DNA of 64,000 bases from an uncultured cyanobacterium (GTDB lineage: Bacteria > Cyanobacteriota > Cyanobacteriia > Cyanobacteriales > CAWUOF01): contig CAVUSO010000001.1 of assembly GCA_963744145.1 (NCBI GenBank), positions 6,816,001-6,880,000 on the forward strand, written 5' to 3'. The position numbers were made by a program, and so were the translations under genes. The notes below the pieces were generated by a model, which was not told the DNA's origin, did no database searches, and was given only the letters and a program-made list of their open reading frames with translations. Shown here piece after piece: positions 52,598-61,360 of the stretch (position 1 is its first letter; each line of letters starts with the position of its first letter).

Positions 52598-54604
52598 TTA
52601 GGTATCTTTAGCGAGGGACTTTAAATAAGTCTCGATCGCTTCTGTAGCAAGCTGAACCACAGGTTTCCCTTGACGTTCGGCTTCTGCTTTCAGTTCACTA
52701 TAGATTTCATCACGAACGCTAATTCTACGGCGGATTTTATTAGTACCGGCTGTAGAAGATTCTTCAGGGGTAGGAACCTCGCCATTGGCGCTAGTAGTGG
52801 ATGTAACAACTGGATCGTTAGTATCAATGGTCATTGCGGTAACAGTCTCGTAATTGGCGGCAAACTGACGAATGGATTCTAGACCGACGCGATCGCAAAA
52901 ATTCCCGAAACTTTCACCTGATTGCCGTTTTTGCTGGAAATAGACAAAAATTGGCTCCAGACTGGTTTCTAAGTCATTTATGTTGAGCTTTTCCAAATAA
53001 GGAACAGCTAACCGCGTCTGGTTTGGGGCACCACCCAGCCAGATCTGATAACTATTCGGTGCGCTACCGACAAACCCCAACTCCGCCATATATGGTCTAG
53101 CGCAGCCATTAGGGCAACCCGTCATCCGCACCACAAAATGCTCTTGCTCAAGTCCGAGTTTGTCCAATAGCGCCCGAATTCGATCCAGTATACCAGGAAT
53201 AGCCCTTTCTGATTCAGTAATGGCCAAACCACAAGTTGGTAATGCTGGACAAGCCATAGAATAGCGCACTAACGGGTCAATTACATTAACTAATAAAATT
53301 CCATTCCGATCGAGAATTTCTTGAATTTCTTGCTTTTGATTCGGTAAAATCTCGTAAAGAATCACATTTTGATGTGGTGTTACCAGGATTGGGACCTGAT
53401 ATTTTTGCACGATTTCCCGCAAAGCAGTTTTTAATTGAAATTTACCTTCATCTTTAATCCGACCATTGTCGATGGAAATACCTAAAAATAATTTGCCATC
53501 TCCCTGTTCGTTCCACCCGAGAAAATCTAAATATTTCCACGGAGGTAAATCTTGAAAAGGAGCAAGGGGTTTACCAAAGTAACTGGTAACAGTCTGACGA
53601 AATTTATCAATTCCCCATTCCTGGATTAAATATTTGAGTCGAGCATGACGACGATCGGAGCGATCGCCATAATCTCTTTGAGTCGCGACGATCGCTTTTA
53701 CCAAATCATAAACATCATCTTTGGCAACAAAGCCAAGCGGATCGGCGATCCGGACAAAGGTTTCTTCTTTTCCATGAGTCCGACCTAAACCTCCACCGAC
53801 AAAGACATTAAATCCCTCTAGTTCCCCGGATGAATTAGTGATTACCACCAAGCTTAAATCTTGGGAATAAAGATCGATCGAGTTATCTTCCGGTACAGTG
53901 ACCGCAATTTTGAATTTGCGCGGCATATAATGGGTGCCATAAATCGGCTCTTCACCCTCAGTAAAAACCGTACCATGAAGATTTTGCTGTCTGGCTGCTT
54001 TGGCTTTTGGATCTTCTTCCCCACTAATCGCTAGTTCTCCATCTAGCCAAATTTCATAATAAGCGCCTGTTTGTGGTTTTAAAAAATCTGCAATCCTCTG
54101 GGCATACTGATGGGCATACTGATATTCTGGCCGATTTTTGTAGGGAGCTGGTGGAGCCATTACATTGCGATTCACATCACCACAAGCACCAAGAGTCGAT
54201 CCCATATTTTTGACGATCGCACTAATCACGGTTTTCAGATTTTTTTTCAACACCCCATGAATCTGAAATCCTTGACGGGTAGTCGCGCGAATTGTGTGAT
54301 TACCATATTCATCTGCTAGGCGATCGAGAGTAAGATAGAGTTGGGGCGCAATCAACCCTCCCGGATTGCGAGTCCGCAACATCATCTGGTAGTCCTTCTC
54401 CTGTCCTTTTACCCGATTATCCCGGTTATCCTGTTGATAAGAACCGTGAAACTTCAGGAGTTGAATCCCCTCTTCACTGAAGTGGGTCGTATCTTCAAGG
54501 ATCTCCGTCGCGATCGGTTCACGCAAAAAATTGCTCCGTTCTTTGATTCCTTCCACTTTGGATGGTTTACTAGCTGAGGAAATTGATGTGGGAGATGTAA
54601 CCAT
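52598..54604 (-). CDS. sir: Ferredoxin-dependent sulfite reductase with a C-terminal extension
   Basis: [44 protein letters not shown]. Confidence 0.97.
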   Translation of the reverse strand: MVTSPTSISSASKPSKVEGIKERSNFLREPIATEILEDTTHFSEEGIQLLKFHGSYQQDNRDNRVKGQEKDYQMMLRTRNPGGLIAPQLYLTLDRLADEYGNHTIRATTRQGFQIHGVLKKNLKTVISAIVKNMGSTLGACGDVNRNVMAPPAPYKNRPEYQYAHQYAQRIADFLKPQTGAYYEIWLDGELAISGEEDPKAKAARQQNLHGTVFTEGEEPIYGTHYMPRKFKIAVTVPEDNSIDLYSQDLSLVVITNSSGELEGFNVFVGGGLGRTHGKEETFVRIADPLGFVAKDDVYDLVKAIVATQRDYGDRSDRRHARLKYLIQEWGIDKFRQTVTSYFGKPLAPFQDLPPWKYLDFLGWNEQGDGKLFLGISIDNGRIKDEGKFQLKTALREIVQKYQVPILVTPHQNVILYEILPNQKQEIQEILDRNGILLVNVIDPLVRYSMACPALPTCGLAITESERAIPGILDRIRALLDKLGLEQEHFVVRMTGCPNGCARPYMAELGFVGSAPNSYQIWLGGAPNQTRLAVPYLEKLNINDLETSLEPIFVYFQQKRQSGESFGNFCDRVGLESIRQFAANYETVTAMTIDTNDPVVTSTTSANGEVPTPEESSTAGTNKIRRRISVRDEIYSELKAEAERQGKPVVQLATEAIETYLKSLAKDT

Positions 54605-54771
54605 TGGAACTACCGTAGAATTTAGAAATAAGCGAACTGGTGAGCAAGTTAACCGACTAATTTGAATTATTTAACCGCTGATACACAGATAGTCATCAAA
54701 TTTAACATCGGTAAATTGGTCGTCATTCTGTAGAATTTATTAATTTTACCATTAAAGGTGGGACTGATTAG

Positions 54772-55701
54772 CTAGGATGACTCAATTAATAATTTTTTAA
54801 TCCAAGTTAAAATTTCCTGGTTGACTCTTTCCGGGTATTCCTCATAAAAACAATGACCAGCAGCAGCCAGTTCAATGAAAATTAAATGAGCATGACATTG
54901 AGCTATTTGTCTTCCCCAAGTTAAGGGTACAATTCGATCTTGTTCACCCCATAGCAGAAGTATGGGATGCTGTAGATTGGTCAGTAGTTCTTTGACACTG
55001 GGACAAAAATCAATTCTAGCTCGCGATCGGGCTAGTTGAGCAAATGCTTGAGCGGCTCCTCGGTCTTGGATAGGTAGAAAAAATATGGAAACTGCTTCTT
55101 CTGTCAGTGAGTCAGCATGAGCATAAGCAAACTTAGCGATCGAGCGAATGACTGATTTACGACTGAGCAATAGTTTAAATAACGGCCATAATAATAGTGG
55201 GGAAGAAAACAACCCCTCAATTTTAGCGACCAAAGGTTGCCATTGCGGTGCCAGAAAATCTTGTCTGGCGGGTGGTATAGTCAATAAAATCAATCCCCTT
55301 GTCATTTCTGGATAAGTTGATGCTGCTGTTAAAACTACCAAAGCACCAAGGGAGTGACCGATAAAAATCACTGGTTGACCAATTACTAGACGCCAAAAAT
55401 CATAAATCTGTGCTACCCATAAATCAGTTCCATATTCGGCGATCGCTTTTTGAGAAGCACCAAAACCTAATAAATCTAAAGCATAGATGGGGTGATGTTG
55501 ACTGATCGGATCAAAATTATAACGCCATTGTCCCAATCCTGAACCAAAACCATGCACAAACATTAAAGGAATGCTTGACTCTGGACTATCTGTTGTCGGA
55601 CTCCGAAAGTAAGTATAGCGGATTTTCCAACCTCTCCAAACCCAATCCCGTTGTGAACCAATTTGATTTTGCCAAGATTTAACTGATGGTTGGGCTGACA
55701 T
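54772..55701 (-). CDS. Alpha/beta-fold hydrolase
   Basis: VHGFG, DLLGFG, GHSLG, WGEQD, AGHC. Confidence 0.92.
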   Translation of the reverse strand: MSAQPSVKSWQNQIGSQRDWVWRGWKIRYTYFRSPTTDSPESSIPLMFVHGFGSGLGQWRYNFDPISQHHPIYALDLLGFGASQKAIAEYGTDLWVAQIYDFWRLVIGQPVIFIGHSLGALVVLTAASTYPEMTRGLILLTIPPARQDFLAPQWQPLVAKIEGLFSSPLLLWPLFKLLLSRKSVIRSIAKFAYAHADSLTEEAVSIFFLPIQDRGAAQAFAQLARSRARIDFCPSVKELLTNLQHPILLLWGEQDRIVPLTWGRQIAQCHAHLIFIELAAAGHCFYEEYPERVNQEILTWIKKLLIESS

Positions 55702-55751
55702 AAAATAATATTGATCAAGTAAATTATAAAGCGTTTACAAGCTGTCACCGA

Positions 55752-55790
55752 GAAAGCCCACCTCTGCAAGGGGTTGGGATGAATCGGATG
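55752..55790. mobile_element. Possible isolated IS200/IS605-type end hairpin
   Basis: gagaagcccacctctgcaaggggttgggatgaa; no tnpA or tnpB nearby. Confidence 0.35.
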
Positions 55791-56033
55791 CAGTTGGCTT
55801 AGGGGCAGTGAATATTAATTATAAATCTATACATATATTTTATCTAAGAAAATCAATATTCAAGTGAGGAAATTTAAAGGATTGGTCAAGGAATATTAAA
55901 GCTTTAGTAATTGCTCCTGAGTAATACCAGGGTAAACGCATCTAAATAAGTTTGACAAAAATCTTAATCTGTGCATCAAAAATCAAAGGGATTAGGCCAA
56001 TATAGTTGATGAAAAATTCTCATACAGAAATAA

Positions 56034-56061
56034 GTAGGGGCGTATTGCAATACGCCCCTAC
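56034..56061. repeat. Perfect 28-bp REP-like palindrome
   Basis: gtaggggcgtattgcaatacgcccctac is its own reverse complement. Confidence 0.92.
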
Positions 56062-56205
56062 TAAATGTATCATGAGATGGAATTCCATTCGGTAATTCTA
56101 AAAAGGTTTTTAACCATTTATATTTAGCTTTGCCGTACTCTTCAATGGCTAACCAACCATCAGCACCACACAGAACTGCTAAAATAGCAATCCCCACAAT
56201 ATCAC
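56062..56205 (-). mobile_element. ISAs1-family transposase N-terminal fragment
   Basis: IAILAVLCGADGW..IEEYGK...LELPNGIPSHDTF; truncated at the palindrome. Confidence 0.85.
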
Positions 56206-56361
56206 TTTTCTAACTTGCGCCGCTACTGGCATTATTTTGTTACCATTGTTTTGGGGGTATTTGTGGCGACTTTTGGCATTATCCATAAAATTAACACCCT
56301 AGAGTCAGACGTATTTTTATCCCTGAAACTCCTGACTTCCTGATCGAGATAGGAATACCTC

Positions 56362-56575
56362 TCAAATCTCTACAGTTTTGAATAGAAGTGATTCAAATAA
56401 TGGATCGCCAAAGGTCATCAATCGTAAAGATGGATGCTCGTCAAAGGCAGAGAACCCATTCGAGGGCGGGTATATAAAAATCAACAATCAGGTTATCTTC
56501 ATCGCTGCCATAACCGATTTTCCAGTCGCGATCGCGCAATGAGCGAGAATTAATTTTGTACAGGCTTGGGGTCAT
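56362..56575 (-). pseudogene. Fused first and last codons of the PLD-SNF2 helicase gene of the DUF499/DUF1156 system
   Basis: MTPSLYKINSRSLRDRDWKIGYGSDEDNLIVDFYIPALE, then out of frame FDEHPSLRLMTFGDPLFESLL...*; ATG overlaps the vapC stop. Confidence 0.65.
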
Positions 56576-56967
56576 GGTTCTAACCAATTCTCGATCCGTA
56601 AGTTGGGAATATTCTCAAAGTCACGAACATTGGCAGTAACCATGATATCTTGGCGGGATCGGGCAATGGCTGCGATCGCAGCATCTAGGATACCTGTTGG
56701 TTTACCGATACTCCTGAGTTCAGCTTGGATTTTGCCAAATTCGATCGCAGCATCCCAATCAAAATCAACGACATCGACTAAATCGATTAATTCCTCAATA
56801 GTAGCAAGGTTTTTATTGACTCTTTGGGAACAGTATGCCCCCTTATATAATTCTGCCAATACAATTGTAGAAATACAGCAATCTTCTCCTCTAGAGTCAA
56901 ACAGTGGTTTTGCTAGGGGATGATCTTGAGAAATGGCGATCGCAATATTTGTGTCTAATTGATACAT
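56572..56967 (-). CDS. vapC: VapC/PIN toxin
   Basis: LDTNI, LAELYKG, DAAIAA, TANVRDF, ENW. Confidence 0.92.
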   Translation of the reverse strand: MYQLDTNIAIAISQDHPLAKPLFDSRGEDCCISTIVLAELYKGAYCSQRVNKNLATIEELIDLVDVVDFDWDAAIEFGKIQAELRSIGKPTGILDAAIAAIARSRQDIMVTANVRDFENIPNLRIENWLEP

Positions 56968-56972
56968 TTTTT

Positions 56973-57374
56973 CTAGGATTCAAAACTAACATCGACTCTA
57001 CCCAAATCAGCATGTCTTTCTTGTTCAATCTCACTAAATATTTCTAGTAGTTTAGTATCGCCCTTCCATGACTGAATTACTGAGTCGAGTTTAGCCTTTC
57101 TTTCTGCTTTAGTCAGTGCTTTTTTAGGATGTTTCCAGTATTTTTGTCGCCAAGTTCGCTCAGCATCTTTTTCAAGCTGCATCTGGGCAAAAACTTTTGT
57201 CAGGTCATCGTCGTCATTTTCTGGTTGATTGCAGGGAGACACATTTGGTAAGGAATGATCATTATTCTGTTGAACCAGATCTGGAATTTCAATTGAAATT
57301 TCCTGACCATCGGGAATGTCTAGTTCTTGTAGAAGCTCGATCGCTTGACCGCGTTTAATTCCTTTAACTATCAT
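56973..57374 (-). CDS. Putative antitoxin of the VapC toxin
   Basis: Directly upstream of vapC; N-terminus KGIKRGQAIELLQELDIPDGQEI. Confidence 0.65.
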   Translation of the reverse strand: MIVKGIKRGQAIELLQELDIPDGQEISIEIPDLVQQNNDHSLPNVSPCNQPENDDDDLTKVFAQMQLEKDAERTWRQKYWKHPKKALTKAERKAKLDSVIQSWKGDTKLLEIFSEIEQERHADLGRVDVSFES

Positions 57375-57392
57375 AGTAATAATCCTTGTTCG

Positions 57393-58019
57393 TTAATCTA
57401 AGTTTTTCTCGCACTCTTGGAAAATGTAGTGCAATACTCCCAATAAGGTAGGCGGATCGCCTAAAGAATAAGGAGTAGATTCAAAAACTTGTCCACTTAG
57501 ATTGAGTTTATAAAATACCCATCCTTGTCCATTAGTGACTATTCCCAATATGTCTATGTGCTTTCCTGCTTGGTTGTTTTCCCATTGGCAGGCTTGCATT
57601 TCCACAAGACATTGAGCTAATCCTTGCTCAAAGTCATCACGCTTTGCTTCAACAATACACAAGAAAGGTGTATCTAGGTAATCTTGTCTTTCTGCAATCA
57701 GATAATCGGCATTACCCACTAAGACATCGCTCTCAATTTTACCACCTTTCCAAATTTTGAGTTTTTCAATACCTTCCATTGCTTCTTCACAGAAAGCATC
57801 GATCAATAATTTTTTGGATTCTTCATAGGTACGAAGGTCAAAGTTACGATGTAAGCGCTCTAGGCGTTTGGTGAAAAAGTCAGTAGGTTCAAGATTGGGG
57901 GATTGGATTACCCAAGGTAATAGAGTCTTAATACCTAGCTGTTTGTAAGCTGAGGCAAGATTAAATCCAGAAAAACTTCTCTTTTTAACTTTGGGTGTTT
58001 TTGGTGTAGTTTTTGCCAT
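57393..58019 (-). CDS. PD-(D/E)XK protein resembling the HsdR N-terminal domain
   Basis: GNADYLI...IVEAK...QGLAQC...GIVTNGQGWVF. Confidence 0.75.
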   Translation of the reverse strand: MAKTTPKTPKVKKRSFSGFNLASAYKQLGIKTLLPWVIQSPNLEPTDFFTKRLERLHRNFDLRTYEESKKLLIDAFCEEAMEGIEKLKIWKGGKIESDVLVGNADYLIAERQDYLDTPFLCIVEAKRDDFEQGLAQCLVEMQACQWENNQAGKHIDILGIVTNGQGWVFYKLNLSGQVFESTPYSLGDPPTLLGVLHYIFQECEKNLD

Positions 58020-58087
58020 TTTTTAGATACTCCTATTCAGTGATGTTGAATCAAATTTAACCAATTGATCCAAGCGCGAAGCTTGCG

Positions 58088-60946
58088 CTATGGGTCTTCT
58101 TCAGCATTATCAAAATCCAAACCCATCTGACCACCTGTAAAGTCAATTTCTGGCTGGACATAAACTACTTGGGCTTTGATTTCATCCATTGCTAGCCAGA
58201 GGTCAGCGAGGGCTTTTTCTTCGGGGATGCGTTTGCGCGGATCGCTGATGTGGGGGATGACGCGCAGGGCTACTTCCCACGATCGCATAAACATCTCATT
58301 GCTGAGTAAACCTGTGGCTTTCATGAAGCGGCGGACGGGTTCGATGATTTGTTCTTCGAGGTAGATGGCGATAATGGCGTGCAGTCCATCGATGAGATAA
58401 CGGGCGGAAAATTCATTGTCAACGAGGGAGAAGGCGTGTTTTTTATAGCGTTGTTCGGGGCTGAGGAATTTGCAAGTACCGCTTTTGATGTCTAGGAGTT
58501 TGTAGGTTTTACCGAGGTCGGTAACGTTGAAACCGCCAACGGCGAGGGCTAGCTGTCGGGCATCATCAAAGGGAAATTCACGGGCACCGAAAGCATCCCA
58601 AGCAAGGAAATACCATTGCGTCAGTGGGTCAAATCCTGCGGTGTCGGTTTGGGCGAGTTTGCGGAAGCGGTAATTGGCTACGGCTTTTCGGGCTTCAGCA
58701 AAGGCAACTTCGGGGCGAACTTCTATACCCGTGCTGTCGAGGATGGGATAGTTGCGGGAAAAAACATTGAGGGCGGGACCAAAGGCGCTGAGGTAAAGAT
58801 CGATACCTTGAATCTCGTTCGCTTCAAATTCGGGGGCGCGTTGTTCGACCAGGTTGGCAACTTCGGGGCGGAGGTCATCCCACCATGCTTGTCCTGCGTT
58901 AGGGTCGCGTTTGCGGCAAACGAGCAGGACGGTACTAGAAACGCTATTTTTCTGGGCTTGGTGCAGGTTTTGCGGGTTTTCGGTACTTACTGCCCAGCTT
59001 GCAGTAATTTCAAATCCTGCGACGATCAGGGATTGGGCAAGAACATCCCATGCGCCAGAGTCTTTGTGATTAAACTGCACGGTCATTACGCCGTTATCTT
59101 TGAGAACGCGGTAATATTCACCAAATGCCATTTGCATTTTGGCTTCATAGTCTCGATCGGCGAGTTCTTTGGGGCTGACTCCCATATCTCGAAAACGTCC
59201 CTGATTGGCAATTGTTTCTCTATCTTTATCTGTAAGTTCTGTAATGAATAATTCTGGAAAAACATCTTTTAAGCTTGCATATAACCAAACATAAAAAAAG
59301 TCCGATAATTCTCCATAACGAATTGCGTCATAATAGGGAGGATCGGTAACAATTGAATCAATGCTTTGGTTAGCTAAATGAAAGAGGCTATTGGCTGAAG
59401 CTAAGTCAATTTGAAATGTTTTTTCTATATGATTTCCTAATTCTTGAAAGCTTGATGAATTTATTTTTGTAGAAAGATAATCACAGAGTTTTGTGTAATC
59501 ATCAGATGCAGATTTTGCCTGGTATTCCCACAGTCTCCCACAACCATTAGTTTCTGGATAATTCCACATTAAATTTAATGAATGAGTTCCTGAAGCAGAT
59601 TCTACTTTTGGTCCAGTAACGTTAATGTGAGCTAATCGATTATTTTTATCAACACATCGATCTAAAACCATACTGAGATATGTGGCGATCGCCTGTAATT
59701 TTTCATCGCATAATTCTTCTCTAATTTTTTCCTTAGTCTCATTGATGATCTCAACATAATTCACCAAAGTTAAAAGCTGACGAGGATTAAACATTTGATG
59801 CCAATAATGTATGCCATATAAATACATATCAGGACCACGATGAGTATTTGAAGGAATTTCTTGATGTGGTAAACATTCTAAATCTCTAAACCTTGTTCTA
59901 CTTTTTTCTAAAAAATAATTAGCTTTCTCAACACCATCTAAATCGATACTATTAGGAATACGAAAATTTAAACTACTTGATCCTTCTTTGAAAGCAACTG
60001 CGTAAAGTTGATGACCTAAACCTTCATTCTGTGCTTGCTTTTTAATGATTGCATCTTCAAGAACTGAGTCACAATTCAGACATTTTCCGACACCTCGACT
60101 AATCGTAGTAAAATCATCAGGATTATAATTACCATCGTTTGTTTGAATAGAATTACCTTTACCCTTTTTGCCTTTAATTAATTCAAAATCAATCCGTTTT
60201 TCTGCCAGATTTGGAATTGGTTTAACCGCACAAATTCCACCTTTTTTTATCGCACTCGACGATCTATCAAGCCACCAATTCGGACTAAGCGGCACTGTTG
60301 ACTGACAATTCGGACAAACTACGGTATGCGCCCAGAGATAATTTTGTACATTCTTGTTATCCTGAGACGGAAAAAACTCACTTAGTCGCTTTTCTGCCTC
60401 ATCACCAACCCACTTCACCCATTTATCAATATCCTCCTGCAACGCCCCTCCAAACTTTAATGGAAACTCGATCGCTGCCTTCATCGTCACCACCGCTACA
60501 GGATTCAGGTCAGATGCAAACACCCGCAACCCATACCGCGCCGTCTCAAAAGGTATCGACCCACCACCCGCAAACGCATCTAAAACCGCAGGAGTCTTAT
60601 CCCCCCACATCTGCTCGCAAAGCTCCTGCACCCGCTTCACCCGTTCGGGAGTTGGCGGCGTTTTGTATAACTTTGTGCGTTGGTGGCGATCGCTCTTCTC
60701 TACCTCCGTCTCGCGGCGATCGGTTCTAGCCCGATCCAACCCTAGCAAATACTCAAACTCTTCCATGCTGATATCCGCAGGTAACAACGAACCCAACACA
60801 CTTGCCCGACTAAAGGACAACGGCTTCCGCGAATACCACCGATGCAAACCCTTAAACGGATTGCCCCCATTTTCATAGTAAACCTGCTCGTTCAGCAGCT
60901 TTACAGGCATAATCTTTTCAATAAAAACTGGTTTGCGATCGGTCAT
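58088..60946 (-). CDS. DUF1156 amino-DNA methyltransferase
   Basis: LHRWYSRKPL, DAFAGGGSIP, SDLNPVA, CPNC, TDPPYY. Confidence 0.92.
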   Translation of the reverse strand: MTDRKPVFIEKIMPVKLLNEQVYYENGGNPFKGLHRWYSRKPLSFSRASVLGSLLPADISMEEFEYLLGLDRARTDRRETEVEKSDRHQRTKLYKTPPTPERVKRVQELCEQMWGDKTPAVLDAFAGGGSIPFETARYGLRVFASDLNPVAVVTMKAAIEFPLKFGGALQEDIDKWVKWVGDEAEKRLSEFFPSQDNKNVQNYLWAHTVVCPNCQSTVPLSPNWWLDRSSSAIKKGGICAVKPIPNLAEKRIDFELIKGKKGKGNSIQTNDGNYNPDDFTTISRGVGKCLNCDSVLEDAIIKKQAQNEGLGHQLYAVAFKEGSSSLNFRIPNSIDLDGVEKANYFLEKSRTRFRDLECLPHQEIPSNTHRGPDMYLYGIHYWHQMFNPRQLLTLVNYVEIINETKEKIREELCDEKLQAIATYLSMVLDRCVDKNNRLAHINVTGPKVESASGTHSLNLMWNYPETNGCGRLWEYQAKSASDDYTKLCDYLSTKINSSSFQELGNHIEKTFQIDLASANSLFHLANQSIDSIVTDPPYYDAIRYGELSDFFYVWLYASLKDVFPELFITELTDKDRETIANQGRFRDMGVSPKELADRDYEAKMQMAFGEYYRVLKDNGVMTVQFNHKDSGAWDVLAQSLIVAGFEITASWAVSTENPQNLHQAQKNSVSSTVLLVCRKRDPNAGQAWWDDLRPEVANLVEQRAPEFEANEIQGIDLYLSAFGPALNVFSRNYPILDSTGIEVRPEVAFAEARKAVANYRFRKLAQTDTAGFDPLTQWYFLAWDAFGAREFPFDDARQLALAVGGFNVTDLGKTYKLLDIKSGTCKFLSPEQRYKKHAFSLVDNEFSARYLIDGLHAIIAIYLEEQIIEPVRRFMKATGLLSNEMFMRSWEVALRVIPHISDPRKRIPEEKALADLWLAMDEIKAQVVYVQPEIDFTGGQMGLDFDNAEEDP

Positions 60947-61033
60947 GGGAATATTACAAATAGTTATGATAAATTTTACGATAAAATGGACAAGATAAGT
61001 AAATCTTTAGATTCTTTTTTTTTATCTGCTACT

Positions 61034-61288
61034 ATGAGTCAATTACAAGGAAAACAGTGCGTTACCGTCACCATTGAAGCTTTGCATCTATGGCATAGGC
61101 AGCAAATTGAAGCACAACTGCAAAGATTCTATACTAACCGTAATTCCCATAGCCTTCAAGAAGAAGAAGAATGGGCGCAAGCAACTCAAGAGCAAGCGAT
61201 CGCTAGTTGGGAACATAAAGGATCGTAGCGCATGAGCGATTTGCCGCAGCAAGGCAAAATCTATTTAGCCGTGATGGTGCTAGCATAA
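61034..61288 (+). pseudogene. Degenerate antitoxin (61034-61228) and MazF/PemK-like stub (61232-61288)
   Basis: VTVTI joined to EALHLW...EEEEWAQ looks like an RHH lacking its first helix; followed by MSDLPQQGKIYL. Confidence 0.45.
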
Positions 61289-61360
61289 CATTATCGTTAT
61301 TACAAATTGTATTAACATATATGATTGTTATCTGTGGAACCCTGAGTTGAAACTCTTGCA

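Noticed and set aside
58616..59251. 211-aa plus-strand ORF
   Set aside because: Antisense shadow of the GC-rich part of the DUF1156 methylase
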